This document shows, piece after piece, positions 53,767-64,000 of a stretch of DNA of 64,000 bases (positions within the stretch are counted from its first letter, which is position 1; every line of letters begins with the position of its first letter). The notes under the pieces are model-generated. The model was not told the origin of the DNA. It made no database searches and was given only the letters and a program-made list of their open reading frames with translations. The stretch is from Escherichia phage phiWec177, in the sequence record LC739532.1; one strand, given 5' to 3'. The position numbers were made by a program, and so were the translations under genes.

Positions 53767-54213
53767 ATGGCTATGTATCAGCAATATTCCCCTAAAGACG
53801 TTGTATGTAGCTGGAACGGCATTGCTATTGAAGGCTTTGCTCCAGACTCATTCTTGCGTCTACAGAGAACATCACCACTTGTGACACCAGTTGTTGGGGC
53901 GGGTGGTCAGGTTGCTCTGACAAGAAATGCAGACAAGACAGGTACTATTGAGATTGAGTTAATGCAGACTTCTCTCTCTAACCAGATGCTTTCTGCAATT
54001 CAAGCTAAACAAGACAATATGGAACTTGAAGAAGATATCTCTTCTAACTTCGTAATCTACGACCCATCAGGCTCTGTTCTGGCAACTGGTATTAACGCTT
54101 GGTTGCAGGAGTTACCACAGATTGAACTTGGTCGTGACCAGAACTCTAAAACTTGGATTTTTGGTTGTGAGAAGTTAGACTACACTTCTACAATTCCAGC
54201 GTCAAGTGTTTAA
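53767..54213 (+). CDS. Tail tube protein (putative)
   Basis: 148 aa after sheath, followed by strong terminator and chaperone pair. Confidence 0.45.
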   Translation: MAMYQQYSPKDVVCSWNGIAIEGFAPDSFLRLQRTSPLVTPVVGAGGQVALTRNADKTGTIEIELMQTSLSNQMLSAIQAKQDNMELEEDISSNFVIYDPSGSVLATGINAWLQELPQIELGRDQNSKTWIFGCEKLDYTSTIPASSV

Positions 54214-54225
54214 TAAATCCTATAA

Positions 54226-54257
54226 GGGGGAGACTTTAAAAGGTCTCCCCCTTTTTT
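54226..54257 (+). terminator. Rho-independent terminator after tube gene
   Basis: GGGGGAGAC-loop-GTCTCCCCC hairpin followed by TTTTTT. Confidence 0.7.
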
Positions 54258-54286
54258 GTTTCTTTTAAAAGTATTAAGGAATCACA

Positions 54287-54685
54287 ATGAAAACAGAATC
54301 TAGAGTAATTAATGGCAAGAAAGTAAATATCATTCTGCTTGGGGCAAGAGATGGTATTAAGATGTCTATGAAGTTGGGTAAAATTGTTGTTCCAACTTTT
54401 GCACAGATGCTGTCAAGTCTGACTGATAAAGATAAGAAAGAAGCTCCAATGGTTCCATTTAAAGAACTTGTTGAAGCTTGTTTTGACAGAATTGAAGAAA
54501 TCAACCTTGAAGAAATGGCTACCTTATTGTTTCAAGGGGCAACTGTTGATGACTTCCCACTTAATATTGATACATACTTCCAAGCAAACTACGGTGAGTT
54601 TATTGATTACTTAGCATTTGCGCTGGAGGCAAACTTCGGAAGTTTTTTCGAAGCAAGCATTTTCAAAAGCCTAACTTCTCAGTAA
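54287..54685 (+). CDS. Tail assembly chaperone (G-like)
   Basis: 132 aa immediately upstream of tape measure; slippery heptamer near 3' end. Confidence 0.55.
   Translation: MKTESRVINGKKVNIILLGARDGIKMSMKLGKIVVPTFAQMLSSLTDKDKKEAPMVPFKELVEACFDRIEEINLEEMATLLFQGATVDDFPLNIDTYFQANYGEFIDYLAFALEANFGSFFEASIFKSLTSQ
54643..54649 (+). promoter_or_regulatory. Candidate -1 programmed ribosomal frameshift site (T TTT TTC)
   Basis: Slippery heptamer in zero frame of 54287..54685; -1 frame is open from here into ORF 54688..54927. Confidence 0.5.
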
Positions 54686-54687
54686 AC

Positions 54688-54926
54688 ATGGGTAACACTC
54701 TACAGACACCACTAACTGATGCTGCTGTAGAGGCAACCTATGAAGAAGCAGACGAGATGAAATTTGTGCTTGCTATTTATGGTATGGAAGGGTGTAAAGA
54801 AACACTTGACCAACTCTTTGCTATGACATTCTCTGATTTATTATCATTGAGACAATTTCTTGAAATTCAGAGGTCGTATAAAGAGGAAATTGCTTACAAC
54901 GAACTTAGAAGAGCAGGAAAAATGTA

Positions 54927-54927
<1 letters not shown>
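54688..54927 (+). CDS. Tail assembly chaperone extension (GT-like, probably expressed by -1 frameshift)
   Basis: 79 aa ORF in -1 frame relative to upstream chaperone, no stop between slippery site and its start. Confidence 0.5.
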
Positions 54928-62958
<8,031 letters not shown>

Positions 62959-62960
62959 TA

Positions 62961-64000
62961 ATGGCAGTAGGTGAAATTCAAATTAGTGCCTTGCCTCAAG
63001 CAGCCTTACCAATTGACCTTAGTGATATCTTCCATCTTAAACAGGGTATTGAGGATAAGAGATGCACTCTTGAGCAATTACTTGCTCCACACTCAAGCCT
63101 AAGAAATAACCCTCATGGTGTTACTAAAACACAAATTGGTTTAGATAATGTTATTAATGCTCTTCAGTTAGTTGCTGCAAATAACTTATCAGATATTATT
63201 AATGTAGCTGAGGCAAGAGCAAATCTACAGATTATGTCTTCAGAAGAGGTTAATAATCTTGTTCAACAGCATATTCAGGACAAGAGCAACCCACACAATA
63301 CAACTAAGGCACAGGTTGGTCTAAGTAATGTTCAGAACTGGACAGTATCTAACCTTTATAACGAAGATGCAGATAAGTACGCTACAGCAAGAGCAGTAAA
63401 TAACTTGTACAAGGCTGTTCAGGCTTCTTATCCAGTAGGTACTATCCATCTTTCCATGAACTCTGCAAACCCTTCTACATACTTAATTTGTGGAGGTACT
63501 TGGGAGTTAGTTTCAAAGGGTAGGGCATTGGTTGGTTATAACTCTGATACAAGACCAGCAGGCTCTGTATTTGGGGCTTCAACTGTCACTTTATCAGTTA
63601 ATAATATGCCTCAGCATTCTCACTCTGTGTCGCTTAGCGGTGGTGGTCACACTCATAATGCAACTGTGTCAATTTCAGCTTTTGACTATGGAACTAAGGC
63701 TACCAACTCTTTCGACTATGGAACAAAAGAGACTAATACAACAGGTAACCATACACACAACGTATCAGGTAACACAAGCACAGATGGTACACACAACCAT
63801 GATGTGTACCCTAGAGAAAATGATGGTACTGGTAATGCTGTAGCTGACTCTGATGGTGGTGGTGCATGGAGAACATCAAGGACATCTAGTGACGGTGCAC
63901 ACTCACACAGTTTTAGCGTTACATCTGGTGCATCTGGTAACCACAGCCACGTAGTTGGCATTGGTGCTCACAGCCACACAGTCGGTATTGGTTCACATAC
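62961..64000 (+). CDS. Tail fibre protein with His-rich (HxH) repeats, 3'-truncated by window edge
   Basis: ATG 62961; frame open to window end; repeated TK(A/T)Q(I/V)GL(D/S)NV motifs, collar-like YLICGGTWELV, then repeated GxHxH segments. Confidence 0.6.
   Translation, partial: MAVGEIQISALPQAALPIDLSDIFHLKQGIEDKRCTLEQLLAPHSSLRNNPHGVTKTQIGLDNVINALQLVAANNLSDIINVAEARANLQIMSSEEVNNLVQQHIQDKSNPHNTTKAQVGLSNVQNWTVSNLYNEDADKYATARAVNNLYKAVQASYPVGTIHLSMNSANPSTYLICGGTWELVSKGRALVGYNSDTRPAGSVFGASTVTLSVNNMPQHSHSVSLSGGGHTHNATVSISAFDYGTKATNSFDYGTKETNTTGNHTHNVSGNTSTDGTHNHDVYPRENDGTGNAVADSDGGGAWRTSRTSSDGAHSHSFSVTSGASGNHSHVVGIGAHSHTVGIGSH

Noticed and set aside
63532-63961. Track ORFs 63532-63843 (+) and 63716-63961 (-) in the tail fibre region
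   Set aside because: Alternative-frame and antisense artefacts of the repeat-rich tail fibre gene, whose true frame starts at 62961 and runs off the window.

Overview
This window reads as about 64 kb of a virulent, AT-rich, tRNA-rich myovirus genome; resemblance to Felix O1-type phages is an inference from gene content, not a search result. All calls rest on reading the sequence and the supplied ORF track by eye; no tRNA scanner, alignment or database search was run. Layout: (1) 1-8700, ribonucleotide reductase module (nrdA partial, nrdB, nrdH-like glutaredoxin, nrdD split by a group I intron carrying an HNH endonuclease, nrdG); (2) 8700-12700, a Prs-like / NAMPT-like pair consistent with an NAD+ reconstitution (NARP1-type) anti-defence pathway, interrupted by a free-standing HNH-AP2 endonuclease; (3) 13270-16825, rIIA/rIIB-like pair; (4) 16900-21000, secreted lytic transglycosylase, overlapped spanin pair and a macro-domain protein; (5) 21350-27100, an array of 13+ small genes each preceded by one of two repeated hairpin + ribosome-binding-site cassettes; (6) 27100-28865, a 1.75 kb ORF-free region with a perfect 9 x 10 bp tandem repeat and a helically phased TTGTTA(A/G) heptamer array; (7) 28865-35368, minus-strand block including a T4-type lysozyme; (8) 36049-37464, a vWA-domain (possibly Ro60/TROVE-like) protein directly upstream of (9) a cluster of about 27 tRNA or tRNA-like genes with an embedded HNH endonuclease, repeated intergenic hairpins and several non-canonical tRNA-like elements; (10) 43450-64000, late structural module (terminase, portal, protease, capsid, sheath, tube, chaperones with a -1 frameshift site, tape measure, baseplate, His-rich tail fibre). 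The best candidates for an undescribed system are the phased-repeat non-coding region, the small-gene cassette array, and the vWA protein paired with atypical tRNA-like elements.
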